Shown here: one piece after another, positions 22,245 to 32,506 of the stretch
Position numbering within the stretch: the first letter of the stretch is position 1
Layout of the letters: each line of letters opens with the position of its first letter
From: Acidobacteriota bacterium
Lineage (GTDB): Bacteria; Acidobacteriota; Blastocatellia; Pyrinomonadales; Pyrinomonadaceae
NCBI GenBank assembly: GCA_003697135.1
Contig: RFGC01000038.1
Location: 162,320 to 226,319 of the forward strand
DNA length: 64,000 nucleotides
Direction: 5' to 3'
Notes under the pieces: model-generated
Seen by the model: the letters and a program-made list of their open reading frames with translations, nothing else
Database searches by the model: none
What the model was told of the DNA's origin: nothing
Program-made: the position numbers and the translations under genes

Positions 22245-24077
22245 TCAGTTTTTGATTGAGATCACAAAAGACTTCTGTCCTGAGATTGTGTATTCTAGCT
22301 TTTCAGATTCTTTTTCAAGCAATATAGAAAGTGTTGCGGGAGTAGCTTGTCCGTTTGAACGAGAGTTTCCAAGTGTTGCCAAAACCGAAGGTGGTAAGTT
22401 AGGGAGTTCTTTTATACCTATTATTGCTCCATCGGATTGTTTGGTTAAGAGGACATAAATTTTATCGGTGCTTTTGGTTTTGTTGAGCTTCTCGATTAGT
22501 TCGCTCAGATTTTTCGGCACAAATAGGTTTTCAGGTAGGACTTGTTGAGCCGAATTTCCATCGCCGACCAAAAGATTGTATTTTCCACTAGCTAAATCTT
22601 TGGGAATATCTAGCACGAGTTTTTTGTTCAACTGTTTTCCATCGCTCGTTCGGAGAAAAGCCTGAATTTCTAGTGTTTCTCCAGGTTTTAACTCAGTGCG
22701 GTTCAGTGAAATTCTCTCTATTGTTGCCGACCTTTCACCATCGGTAAAGGAAAGCTGGAGTTTGATACTATCTATTTTTGGCTCGAAACCGCTTTGAAGT
22801 AGCAAGCTAACGGGAGCGGCTACTGAGTTTGCTGTGAAAATAGCGGCGTTACTGCCTGTAAGTTTTCTTTCTAGTTTCACGGGAGACTGACCTTGAATGT
22901 TTATGTCTCCGCTGAATTCTATGGTAGCTTCGCCAAGCATTCTTTCATTTGAAACTATGGCATTGTAGATGGTTATATTCAACAAAAGCGGTGTTAGAAA
23001 GCTATCTTCGACGATCTCGAAATAAACTTTTTCGTTTTTGCCGCGGCTTGTTTTCAGAGAGATTTCAACAGGAATCATTTTCGGCTCTTGTCCGAGCTTA
23101 CCTAAAACGCCTGTGTTTCGGTCTTGCGTCATTGTGCCAACCGTTGCATCTGAAACTGCGAGCTTAAAAGAGTTATAAATACTCGGCACAATGGCAACGA
23201 CTTTGGACTCCGACATTGGCAAATTGGAAACTCCAAGATTCAAAAACGGGTGTCCGAAGGCATAAACGTTTTCACCATCGCGAAAAGTTACAGTTCCGTA
23301 TGCGGTTATTGAATAATCGCCGCGTGTTAGTTCCATTGCGACTGAAGAGCCAGGTTGCAAGGTTTTCTCGTCATATTTTTTGAAGACTCTATTCTTGCTA
23401 CTTCCGCCTACAGACGAAACTGGCAAAAGCCCTAGAGCTTTTAGTTGAGATGAGAAAAGCTCTAAAGTTTGAGGGGTAAAACCGCTGAAAGCCACAGGAG
23501 TGGCAATAGGTTGAAAGGCTTGTTCAAAGATGTTGGCTTTTTGCGTATCTGTGGAAATACTGAATTGCCGAGCCGTGCCATGAATTTCAGATTCAGAGAA
23601 GACTTTTTTTACTTGCATCGGTCGAGTTTTCTCAGTATCGCTAAATATGCCAATCATCTGTTCAATCGGCGTGATACCACAGATTGGCTCTTTAGAGAAC
23701 GGGAAGCTATATGAAATTGCGCCAATCAGCTTGCCGTCAACGAAAACAGGCGAACCGCTCATACCTGCAAAGACGGCTGTTTTTTCTACCTGGCTCCCGC
23801 TGATTTTCCCGATAATCAGGTCCTGGTTAGGGCCGATAGCATTCGGTAAAACACCCAAGATTTCGACATCAAACTCTTCGGGTTCGGTTCCACGAAAAAC
23901 GGTTTTGGCTTTGCCACGCATTCCTTCCTTGACCTGCGAAAGCGGTAGAAATGCGAGAGTTGAAGACTCTGTCGAAATCTTTTCGTAATTACTCGAAACC
24001 ACAGATTGAGCTGAAACAGTTAAAAACGCCGCCGTCAGAATCATTCCGAGTGTGTAGAAAATCCTAGCCTTTCTCAT
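22245..24077 (-). CDS. Secreted SpoIVB-like serine peptidase (S55 family)
   Basis: Signal peptide, then TVFRGTEPEEFDVEILGVL...GMSGSPVFVDGKLIGAISYSF, typical of the S55 catalytic domain. Confidence 0.82.
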   Translation of the reverse strand: MRKARIFYTLGMILTAAFLTVSAQSVVSSNYEKISTESSTLAFLPLSQVKEGMRGKAKTVFRGTEPEEFDVEILGVLPNAIGPNQDLIIGKISGSQVEKTAVFAGMSGSPVFVDGKLIGAISYSFPFSKEPICGITPIEQMIGIFSDTEKTRPMQVKKVFSESEIHGTARQFSISTDTQKANIFEQAFQPIATPVAFSGFTPQTLELFSSQLKALGLLPVSSVGGSSKNRVFKKYDEKTLQPGSSVAMELTRGDYSITAYGTVTFRDGENVYAFGHPFLNLGVSNLPMSESKVVAIVPSIYNSFKLAVSDATVGTMTQDRNTGVLGKLGQEPKMIPVEISLKTSRGKNEKVYFEIVEDSFLTPLLLNITIYNAIVSNERMLGEATIEFSGDINIQGQSPVKLERKLTGSNAAIFTANSVAAPVSLLLQSGFEPKIDSIKLQLSFTDGERSATIERISLNRTELKPGETLEIQAFLRTSDGKQLNKKLVLDIPKDLASGKYNLLVGDGNSAQQVLPENLFVPKNLSELIEKLNKTKSTDKIYVLLTKQSDGAIIGIKELPNLPPSVLATLGNSRSNGQATPATLSILLEKESEKLEYTISGQKSFVISIKN

Positions 24078-24181
24078 TTTTGATAAGCCTCTTTCCTAAT
24101 CGCCAGAAATATGGTAACATTTTCATCGGTTTGCTGAAAGCAGTTTTTAAAGCGAACCTATCTCAACAATTTCAGGAATAT

Positions 24182-25231
24182 ATGAGAATCCCAAAGCGAC
24201 TGATCAAGGCTCTGTACAAGCTCATTTTGCCGATTGTGATTTTAATTCTTCTGATTTTCTTTGGCCTTTCACTTTCGCTTATTCACATTGCTAGTGATCC
24301 GCCGAAAGCGACATATTTGATAACACCTGACAAATACGGCCGCTTAAGTGCTCGTGGAGCGAAAATAACAGATGAAACATGGTCAAATCTGGACGGAACT
24401 CAAGCGCGCGGGTGGCTTTTGCGCGGAGCGCAAGGTAAACCTGCAATAATACTTTTGCATCACTACGGCGCAGACCGTTCCCATGTTTTGAATCTGGGTG
24501 TAAAGCTGAACGAAGCAACGGATTTTACGATTTTGATGCCAGATTTGCGAGGTCATGGCCAGAATCCACTTGTCCGCTATACTACACTCGGCGGTAGCGA
24601 AACAGAAGACGTGTTGGCAGCAATAGAGTTTCTAAAATCCCTGAAGACACCCGAAAACACAATGCTGGTGGGAAACGAAATCGGAATCTACGGCGTTGAA
24701 CTCGGAGCTTTTGCTGGATTCAGAGCCGCAAGCAAAGAAAATTCCATTACGGTTCTAGCTTTGGATTCTGTTCCGCTTACTTCCGATGAAATCTTGTATC
24801 TTTCAATACGCCGTAAATATCCTTTTGCCGCTAGCTACACTTCTTCGTTAGCATCAACAGTTGCAAATCTTTATCTGTATGGAAGATACACAAGAGATTC
24901 TCTTTGCGACGTAGCACCTTTGTTAAAAGATAGAAAAGTAATGCTTCTTGCAGGTATTGAAGAACCTTTGCTTCAGGACTCAACACAAAAATTGATAGGT
25001 TGCTTTGGTCCGGGAGCAGATATTCAATCCTACACCGGCTTAGCACCTTCAGGATACGACCTTATCAATGCCTCACCCGAACAAGGAAACGCTTACGACC
25101 AAAGAGTTATTGACTTTTTCAAACGAGCTTTCGGCGTTCAAACCTTGCCAGAGCCAAGCCAAGCAGTAACTACGATTAAAATGCCAGATCAAAAAGCATC
25201 GCCGAGTTCTACTTCAATGACCGAATATTGA
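24182..25231 (+). CDS. Membrane-anchored alpha/beta-hydrolase-fold protein, probably catalytically inactive
   Basis: Start moved to ATG 24182 (MRIPKRL), because the listed start at 24080 would abut the divergent gene. TM anchor and HG-type loop ILLHHYG are present. The nucleophile elbow reads GVELG instead of GxSxG, and the expected GH reads GY. Confidence 0.78.
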   Translation: MRIPKRLIKALYKLILPIVILILLIFFGLSLSLIHIASDPPKATYLITPDKYGRLSARGAKITDETWSNLDGTQARGWLLRGAQGKPAIILLHHYGADRSHVLNLGVKLNEATDFTILMPDLRGHGQNPLVRYTTLGGSETEDVLAAIEFLKSLKTPENTMLVGNEIGIYGVELGAFAGFRAASKENSITVLALDSVPLTSDEILYLSIRRKYPFAASYTSSLASTVANLYLYGRYTRDSLCDVAPLLKDRKVMLLAGIEEPLLQDSTQKLIGCFGPGADIQSYTGLAPSGYDLINASPEQGNAYDQRVIDFFKRAFGVQTLPEPSQAVTTIKMPDQKASPSSTSMTEY

Positions 25232-25267
25232 AAATATCTCGGCTTTCGAGATTCAATCTAGAAACTC

Positions 25268-25819
25268 ATGAAATTACTTTCAGAAAGAGAAGGCTTAGCG
25301 AGACTGAAAAAACTCAAAGAAAATTTCCGCAAAATTATAAGAGAATCTTACGAGTATCGAGCGAAAAACTGTTTAACATGCGAGCATCAAGGTATTTGTT
25401 GTCTTGATGATCATTTCGTAAACGTCCACATAACCGAACTAGAAGCTAATCTTATCCTGAAGGAGGTCGAAAAGCTATCATCGGAGAAGATCGAAACTCT
25501 CAAAAAGCGAAACTTGCAAACTGTTGCAAAATACAATTTGAGCGAGGGAAACAGCAATCAAACCTTCGCCTGCCCATTTCTAGAGAAAGGCAAAGGCTGC
25601 TTGATTCACGAAGTAAAGCCGCTTGCCTGTATTCAACATGCCTGTTATGAAAGAAAAGAACATCTACCGCCAGATAGTCTCCAAGAAGAATACGAAAGAA
25701 AAATCGAAAGGCTGAACCGACAAGTTTACGGGAAACCTGCTAAATGGCTTCCGCTTCCCGTTTGGATAAAAATCCTTACGGAAATAGGTTGCGAGAAATC
25801 AAAAATCACTAAAACTTGA
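25268..25819 (+). CDS. YkgJ-family cysteine-cluster protein (putative Zn/Fe-binding, UPF0153-like)
   Basis: CLTCEHQGICC ... CPFLEKGKGCLIHEVKPLACIQHAC pattern. Confidence 0.75.
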   Translation: MKLLSEREGLARLKKLKENFRKIIRESYEYRAKNCLTCEHQGICCLDDHFVNVHITELEANLILKEVEKLSSEKIETLKKRNLQTVAKYNLSEGNSNQTFACPFLEKGKGCLIHEVKPLACIQHACYERKEHLPPDSLQEEYERKIERLNRQVYGKPAKWLPLPVWIKILTEIGCEKSKITKT

Positions 25820-25843
25820 GAAATTTCAAAAGCCGATTTTGTT

Positions 25844-27121
25844 TTAATCTTTCTCAAAAGGAAAATAAACCGCAAGTAAAAACGCAGCCCACATGATAGC
25901 GGCCGCAATCCAAAAGGTGCGTTTCAGTGTCCAAGAATCAACTTGGTTGGAGGGATACCCAAGTGAGAGCCCGCAAATAATTGGTCCTATCACCCTTGCA
26001 AGGCTTCCAGCAGATTGTATTATTCCCAGAACTTTCCCTTGCTCAGCTTCACTGGCACTCTTCGATACTAAGCTGGTAAGCGACGGTGAAGCAATTGAAT
26101 TTCCTAATGAAAAAAAGGCAGTTCCTACCAAAAGCGCGGTTAATCCGCCGCTTTCTTTCGATATGAAAGGCACTACAAAGAGACTGAGAACCAAGATCAG
26201 TGCTCCATAAATTACCAGCTTTTCTTCACCAAATCTAACGGCAAGTTTGCCCAAAAGTCCGCCTTGCACAATTACCGCTACCAAACCGATATAGCCGAGA
26301 AGATAGCCAGTTTCTGAAGCATCGTAACCAAAGTTCGTCATTGTGTAGTATGCAAAAGCTGTTGTCATTATGGAAAAAGCCGTTACCAAAAGGAAGTATT
26401 CGGCAGTTAAAGTCGTAAAACGTTTATTTTTGGGCAATGCTATGAGTTCCAAAAACAGATTCGCTCGTTTCCCATAAATCAAATGCTTGAAAGAAAAATT
26501 CTCATGAATGCTGTTTTCCCTTTTAACCGTTTCGGGCAAGATAAAATAGAGCAAAACCGCATTGAAAAACGCAAATCCTGAAGCTACTAGGAACGGAAGC
26601 TTGTAATCTATTTCACTCAAAAAACCAGCTATCGCAGGACCTAAGATGAAACCTAATCCGAAAGCTGTTCCGAAAAGTCCCATTCCTTTAGCCCGGTTTT
26701 GAGGAGTTGTCACATCTGCAATGTAAGCCTGAGCTGTTGCAAGATTGCCTGCGGTTATTCCGCCGAAAATTCGGCTTGCATAAATCATCCAAAGGCTGTA
26801 AGTTTCAAGGCTACCAGCAAAAGCAAGCATCAAATAGCTAAGCGCCGAGCCGATGATGCTGAAGAAAAGAATCGGGCGCCTGCCGTATATGTCAGAAAGT
26901 CCACCCAAAATAGGCGCAAAAATAAACTGCATCAGTGAATAAGACGCAACCAACAAACCTATATCCAACGGCGTTGCCCCGTATCTTTCGGCATAAAACG
27001 TCAGAAGCGGTATGACTATTCCAAATCCAATTAAGTCAATCAAAACCGTCAAAAAGATAATCAAAAGCGGCTTTGTAAGGAATTTGTTTTCATCTGCGTC
27101 TCGAAGATTTGCTATTTCCAT
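25844..27121 (-). CDS. MFS transporter (DHA1 / TetA-like)
   Basis: 12 predicted spans and motif A GGLSDIYGRRP. Confidence 0.9.
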   Translation of the reverse strand: MEIANLRDADENKFLTKPLLIIFLTVLIDLIGFGIVIPLLTFYAERYGATPLDIGLLVASYSLMQFIFAPILGGLSDIYGRRPILFFSIIGSALSYLMLAFAGSLETYSLWMIYASRIFGGITAGNLATAQAYIADVTTPQNRAKGMGLFGTAFGLGFILGPAIAGFLSEIDYKLPFLVASGFAFFNAVLLYFILPETVKRENSIHENFSFKHLIYGKRANLFLELIALPKNKRFTTLTAEYFLLVTAFSIMTTAFAYYTMTNFGYDASETGYLLGYIGLVAVIVQGGLLGKLAVRFGEEKLVIYGALILVLSLFVVPFISKESGGLTALLVGTAFFSLGNSIASPSLTSLVSKSASEAEQGKVLGIIQSAGSLARVIGPIICGLSLGYPSNQVDSWTLKRTFWIAAAIMWAAFLLAVYFPFEKD

Positions 27122-27201
27122 CAGTGCACCATGCTAATCTGAGAAAAATTTTGTAGAATAACTCAAAGACTAAAAATACCACTTCGCCGAAAGACGGAAA
27201 A

Positions 27202-29037
27202 ATGATGAGAAGAATTAGGCTGAAGACTTTTTTATTCTTGCTGGTTTTGATTTTTGTTATGCACAAGGAAGTTAAAACGCAGAAAGCAACTGCTGAAAAG
27301 AGCGGTGTTCTACCGCAAATTGAGTTCACAATCTCGATGTCAAAGCCTTGGACACATCTTTTAGAAGTTGAAATGCGCGTTCGTCACGATGCTATGCCAG
27401 AAAAGTCCGAACTTGTAATGCCTGTTTGGACTCCCGGCAGTTATCTGATTCGCGAATATGCGCGCCATGTTCAAGACTTCGAGGCAAAAGACGCAAGCGG
27501 TAAACCGCTTAATTGGCGGAAAATCAACAAAAATACCTGGCAAATAGACACTAAAGACATCAAAGAATACATCGTAAGCTACAAAGTCTATGCCAATGAG
27601 CTTACCGTTAGAACAAACGAGCTAAACATGGAGCACGCATTTTGGAACAATACGGCTCTGCTCTTTCACCCTAAAGGTTTTCTAAACGCACCTTCAACCG
27701 TTAAAGTCATACCTTACGGCAACTGGAAAGTTGCAACAGGGCTTCCCGCTATCGGGCCAAATGTCTTTTATGCTGAAAACTTCGATATACTCTACGATTC
27801 ACCTTTCGAGGTAAGCGATTTCAACGAGATAGAATTTGAGGTTCGCGGAATTCCCCACAAGTGGGTTGTAACAGGCAAAGGCAATTACGACCTGAAAAAA
27901 CTTGCGCGCGATTCGGCGAAAATTGTAGAAGAATCAGCTAAAATTTTCGGCGACTTGCCTTACAAAAATTACCTTTTCATCTTGAACCTGCGTGGTAGAG
28001 GTGGGCTTGAGCATCTGAATTCAACAGCCTTGCAATGGGATAGATTCGGTTTCAAACCAGAATCGCGCTACATTGATTTTCTCAGTCTCGTAGCACATGA
28101 ACATTTTCACGCATGGAACGTTAAGCGGATTCGCCCCGACGTTTTAGGTCCTTCTTTTGACTATTCAAACGAGAACTATACAAAACTGCTTTGGGTTGCT
28201 GAAGGTGCGACTTCGTATTACGAAAATATCATTTTGCTTCGCGCAGGTTTCATCACGGACAAAGATTTTCTATCAAAAATGGCTTCTGCTATCCAGAATT
28301 TGCAGGATAGACCGGGCCGCTTCCAAACAAGCCTCGAAGAAGCTAGTTTCGATGCATGGATAAAATACTACCGTCAAGATGAAAACTCAATCAATAATCA
28401 AATCTCCTACTATGACAAAGGCGAAATAGTAAGTTTCCTGCTTGACCTAAAAATTCGCCATTCTTCGGACGGTAAGAAAACCTTAGACGATGTTTTTAGA
28501 TACCTCTATAACGAATTCTACAAGAAAAACAGGAACTACACACCTGAAGATTTTCAAAGTGTTTGCGAGATGATGGCAGGCGTTTCTTTGAAAGAATTTT
28601 TCGACAAATATGTGCGCGGTCGCGCCGAGATAGACTATAACGAAATCTTAAACGAATTTGGGCTTGAACTTCAGAAACCTGATGGAAGAGGAGTAGCATT
28701 TCTAGGAGCGAATCTTTCCCAACAAGGTGAAAGACTGAATGTCACTTCTGTTCCAGCAAATACTCCAGCTTACGACTACGGACTATCGGCTTTCGACCAG
28801 ATCGTCGCCGTTGACGGTTTTAGAGCAACTCAGCAATTCTTGCAAAGCTACCTCGAAGAAAAAAAGCCAGGCGATAAGATTAAGCTAACAATTTTTCGAT
28901 TCGATCAATTGATGGATATTGAAGTGCAGCTTGGCAGTCGCCCAAGATCAGCTATGAAAATTGTTCCCGTTAGCAACCCAACCGAACGACAAAAAAGACT
29001 TTACAAAGAATTCATGGGAACAGAACTCGTAAAGTGA
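27202..29037 (+). CDS. M61 glycyl-aminopeptidase-like metallopeptidase with a C-terminal PDZ domain
   Basis: Signal peptide, HEHFHAWNVKRIRP (HEXXH), and a C-terminal PDZ-like GANLSQQGERLNVTSVPANTPAYDYGLSAFDQIVAVDG. Confidence 0.9.
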   Translation: MMRRIRLKTFLFLLVLIFVMHKEVKTQKATAEKSGVLPQIEFTISMSKPWTHLLEVEMRVRHDAMPEKSELVMPVWTPGSYLIREYARHVQDFEAKDASGKPLNWRKINKNTWQIDTKDIKEYIVSYKVYANELTVRTNELNMEHAFWNNTALLFHPKGFLNAPSTVKVIPYGNWKVATGLPAIGPNVFYAENFDILYDSPFEVSDFNEIEFEVRGIPHKWVVTGKGNYDLKKLARDSAKIVEESAKIFGDLPYKNYLFILNLRGRGGLEHLNSTALQWDRFGFKPESRYIDFLSLVAHEHFHAWNVKRIRPDVLGPSFDYSNENYTKLLWVAEGATSYYENIILLRAGFITDKDFLSKMASAIQNLQDRPGRFQTSLEEASFDAWIKYYRQDENSINNQISYYDKGEIVSFLLDLKIRHSSDGKKTLDDVFRYLYNEFYKKNRNYTPEDFQSVCEMMAGVSLKEFFDKYVRGRAEIDYNEILNEFGLELQKPDGRGVAFLGANLSQQGERLNVTSVPANTPAYDYGLSAFDQIVAVDGFRATQQFLQSYLEEKKPGDKIKLTIFRFDQLMDIEVQLGSRPRSAMKIVPVSNPTERQKRLYKEFMGTELVK

Positions 29038-29144
29038 ATAGGGAAAAGTCTAATATCCATAGGGGCTTAGGCAAATTGACCCTAAAATCCTGCTGTGTAA
29101 AATTTTACTTTCGCATAAACTTCCGAAAGCCGATTGAGTCAAAG

Positions 29145-30515
29145 ATGAAAGAATTGAGTAAGCAGTGCGGAAAAGATGCTATTTTACTTGCGAAGTTACG
29201 AAAAACTTGGCTGTTAGTTCTCACACTTTGCCTTCTGCTGACTAATTGCGAAAAGAGAGAAGAAATAGCCCAACCTCAAAACCTGTGGCAGAACGTGCCT
29301 GTGATAAAACTTGGCTTTCGCTTTGAAGCAGATGTTCCTGCACCTTCTAGCACAGAAGAAGAAAAGCAAAACGCTTTTTTCCCAACCGTGAAAGACGATT
29401 TTGAAAGAAATCGTCCGCAAGATATTCTGGACGAAACAATTGTTTCGCCCGACGGGACAAAGGTTTTGGCGCTTTATCACTTGCCGACTGATGCCGAAAA
29501 ACAATATCGCCTTGATCTTTACGCCGCCAATGGAACTTTGCTTAGGAAAATAACACCCGAAGGGCTGGCTGTAACGAGATTTCCAGATACAATCGCATGG
29601 TCTCCAGACTCAAAAAACATCGCCTTCGTTGGAATGTTGAGACTTAAAACAGTAACCGAAACCATAACACCGCCACAGATAGAAGAAGTCGAGCCGACTC
29701 CTTCACAAAACGCAAACACGGCAGAATCAAATACGCAAGAAACAAATGCCAATACATCACAAAGCAATATCCAAACAACTCCGAGCGTCCAGCCGACTCC
29801 CATCGTCACAGCATTTCGGACTGAGCAAATTTATCTTTGTGATTCAAACGGAGAAAATCTCAGAGCGCTCACCGAAACTGAAGGTCTGATTCATTTTTAT
29901 TTGGCTTGGGCGCCAGACAGCTCTGCACTGGTTGCATTAGCCGCCACCTGGCGTGAATGGGAAACCGAAAAGGCAGAAGCTCTAAGCAAAGGCGAGATTT
30001 TCATTCCTTCAGGTCGCCCAAGAATCGTAGAGAAAAATGGGCGCGTTAGACTTTTAGATGACAGAAAAACAAAAGTCCTGCCAGTCTGGTCGCCTGATTC
30101 ATCGAAAGTCGCCGCCGCTTTCGATACGGAAATTCGCATCTACGACGCAACCGAAGACCCAACACAAGCCGCAATACCACTTCGGAATCAACTTTTAATT
30201 GCGTCTCAAGAATACGAGAAAACCTTGAACCAAAGCCTGCAAGCAAATGAACAAAATCAACAAGAATCAAAACAAAAGTCCAGCCAAAATTCAAATCAGC
30301 AACCCCGCCTACCTTCAAATGCAAATATCGGTGTTAGCACCATACCAAGCGAAGAAGAATTAGTTTCATTCAATCCGATTGTAAAACTCTTATGGACTGA
30401 AGACAGAGTGCTTTACTTTCAAACTGGCTACGTCCGAGAAGCGCAAAACCCAGCAGAAAGCGTGCGTTCGTTTATGCGTTGGCATCGTTTGATATTCAGC
30501 CTTCAACAGTCTTGA
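29145..30515 (+). CDS. Lipoprotein with TolB/DPP-IV-like beta-propeller repeats and Q/N-rich linkers
   Basis: Start set at ATG 29145 (MKELSKQ...), with lipobox LLLTNC. Recurrent WSPDS / WAPDS / VWSPDS blades. Confidence 0.7.
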   Translation: MKELSKQCGKDAILLAKLRKTWLLVLTLCLLLTNCEKREEIAQPQNLWQNVPVIKLGFRFEADVPAPSSTEEEKQNAFFPTVKDDFERNRPQDILDETIVSPDGTKVLALYHLPTDAEKQYRLDLYAANGTLLRKITPEGLAVTRFPDTIAWSPDSKNIAFVGMLRLKTVTETITPPQIEEVEPTPSQNANTAESNTQETNANTSQSNIQTTPSVQPTPIVTAFRTEQIYLCDSNGENLRALTETEGLIHFYLAWAPDSSALVALAATWREWETEKAEALSKGEIFIPSGRPRIVEKNGRVRLLDDRKTKVLPVWSPDSSKVAAAFDTEIRIYDATEDPTQAAIPLRNQLLIASQEYEKTLNQSLQANEQNQQESKQKSSQNSNQQPRLPSNANIGVSTIPSEEELVSFNPIVKLLWTEDRVLYFQTGYVREAQNPAESVRSFMRWHRLIFSLQQS

Positions 30516-32463
30516 AAGTGTTTTTATGGGCGTTCAGCTCATGAAATTTTTTCAAATAGTGCTGGACAGTAGCCACAAAACTTGAATGAGACCAGGTCAA
30601 AGGCGAAACCGAAAGTTGTTTTCCGCTCAAAGGATCAATCTGCTCGGAAAGCACGCCTGAAGGCAAGGCGTATTTTGCAACCCAATTGAGAATTTCGATT
30701 GCACTTTTGAGATTTTCTAACTTCTCAGCCGAAATAATGTAGTAATCGGCGAGCCAAAGCGTGCAGAGAATCCACGCATTACCGACGACTTCCTTTGAAA
30801 CTCTCATGTATTCGTCGTTTTCGTAGCGTGCAACGCCACCGATTGAAGTTCTTATGCACAGTTTCTCTTCGATAGCTTTTACAGTTCGCTTAATCCTTTC
30901 ATCTTGCGGCGTTAAAACTCCGAAATAAAACAATCCACAAAGCGACGAATCAACGGTTCCATCAGGCGTGAAGTTTTTATCGTCGTAAGTTTCAAGCGAG
31001 CGCAAGAATCTGCCTCGTTTCCTGCAATAAAGATGCTCAAGCAAACCTTCTGTGAATTCTTCAGCAGTCTTATCGTATTGCTCGGCACGTGCCATTTCCC
31101 CAAAAATCCTTGCAAAATTAGCCGCTGCCTTAAGCGCTCCTATCACGCTTGAAACCGTGAAAGTATGAATGCCACGCCGATCTTCCCAAAGATTCCAAGA
31201 AGATTTCGGCAGTTTCATTTCTTCAAGTCGAAAACCAGCCATAAAATCGGCGCATCTTTTTATCAAAGGTTCATAAAGAGGATGAACGAATTCAACGTCC
31301 CGGTATTTTTCATAATGTTTCCACAAAGCCCACACAACAAGTGCCGTTTCATCTTCCTGAATCGGCGCAAGCGTTTTCTTCAAATAAACATCCCACAGCG
31401 GATGCCAACTCGATGCTACGCTCCCATCAGGATTGTATCTTTGCAAAAAGTAGCCGTTCGGATGAACTATCTTGGCGCAGAATTCAAAAAACTTACGCGT
31501 AAGCGATGGATAACCTGCTAAATCGAGCGCATAAGCAACAAATGCTCCGTCACGGGTCCACAGATAACTGTAATGATCGGTCGCTCTATCTGAAACATCA
31601 GAGTCATTCGCCGCTAAAATAGCACCGCCGTTGTCAATCTGAGTGCGAATCAAAAGAAGCGAACGCTTGTAGAGTTTGATAATTTCTTCAGGCAAATCGG
31701 CAAAATTTGTGTCAGCTTCACTTAGCCAATTCATCCAGAAAATCCTGTTTCTTTCAATCAAGTTTTCAGGTTTTTCGGCTTCAACAAACTCGTTCAAATC
31801 TTGAACCTCACTCAAAGATTTGCCTGCGCAAATCCAGTAATAAACTTCTGCGGAGCTTGAAAGATTAACTTGAATCGTTGAATCTATCGAACCTTCAGCG
31901 ATTGCGTTTTGGTGAAGATAGCCGTCTTCAGCATCTCTCCATGTCCCTTCCATGTTGCGAAAGGCTTTACGCCCAATAGCAAAACCGCCGAAATCAGGCT
32001 TCGTTTTTATCAAAAAATACCGATTTTTCTTGTAATGAACAATCGAAAACGTTTCGGGATCAAAAAATGCACAGTCACCTATTTTCGTTTCCAAAATGCG
32101 AAAATCATGGTGAAGAAAAATGCGAATATCGCTCTCCTTCGCATCAGTGTTGATGATACGAATTCTTCTGAGAAAAACGTTCTTGTCACTAACGACCGTA
32201 TCGTTGCAGAAAATCTCAAGTCGCAAAGTTTCGTTCTTCAATCGAACGTCGGTGACGAGAGTATCGGGAAGATAAGATAAATTCCGCTCCCAATCTTCTG
32301 AAAAAACCCAAGAAAACCTGCCATCTTTCCAGATGCCAAATCTGAAAGGAAAACCTTTTGTGTGATTTTCTTGCCCAACGTGCGGAAAGTATATGTCGCG
32401 AATTTGATATTTCTCGTCAAAAGTCACTAACAACGAGCCGTTGCCAACAGGTATGTCTCTCAT
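30496..32463 (-). CDS. Glycoside hydrolase family 15 (glucoamylase/trehalase-like)
   Basis: YSYLWTRDGAFV and WNLWEDRRGIHTFT (general-acid region) in an (alpha/alpha)6-type C-terminal half, with an N-terminal beta-sandwich. Its 3' end overlaps the convergent upstream gene by 20 bp. Confidence 0.9.
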   Translation of the reverse strand: MRDIPVGNGSLLVTFDEKYQIRDIYFPHVGQENHTKGFPFRFGIWKDGRFSWVFSEDWERNLSYLPDTLVTDVRLKNETLRLEIFCNDTVVSDKNVFLRRIRIINTDAKESDIRIFLHHDFRILETKIGDCAFFDPETFSIVHYKKNRYFLIKTKPDFGGFAIGRKAFRNMEGTWRDAEDGYLHQNAIAEGSIDSTIQVNLSSSAEVYYWICAGKSLSEVQDLNEFVEAEKPENLIERNRIFWMNWLSEADTNFADLPEEIIKLYKRSLLLIRTQIDNGGAILAANDSDVSDRATDHYSYLWTRDGAFVAYALDLAGYPSLTRKFFEFCAKIVHPNGYFLQRYNPDGSVASSWHPLWDVYLKKTLAPIQEDETALVVWALWKHYEKYRDVEFVHPLYEPLIKRCADFMAGFRLEEMKLPKSSWNLWEDRRGIHTFTVSSVIGALKAAANFARIFGEMARAEQYDKTAEEFTEGLLEHLYCRKRGRFLRSLETYDDKNFTPDGTVDSSLCGLFYFGVLTPQDERIKRTVKAIEEKLCIRTSIGGVARYENDEYMRVSKEVVGNAWILCTLWLADYYIISAEKLENLKSAIEILNWVAKYALPSGVLSEQIDPLSGKQLSVSPLTWSHSSFVATVQHYLKKFHELNAHKNTFKTVEG

Positions 32464-32506
32464 AAAGTCTTATCTTCATTAAATCGCTAACATCTCAAAA
32501 TCCCGA

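Noticed and set aside
22020-22259. A 79-aa ORF inside the putative CRISPR leader.
   Set aside because: It uses a non-ATG start, has no Shine-Dalgarno and a low-complexity Leu/Phe/Lys composition typical of A/T-rich non-coding DNA, and it runs into the 3' end of the convergent peptidase gene.
18710-24077. Whether the two genes flanking the array (a 597-aa helical protein and a 610-aa S55 peptidase) could be novel CRISPR-associated effectors or proteases.
   Set aside because: Both start with clear signal peptides, so they are extracytoplasmic. Neither has nuclease, helicase, CARF/SAVED or RRM-like motifs that I can see. One is convergent with the array. Adjacency is most likely coincidental.
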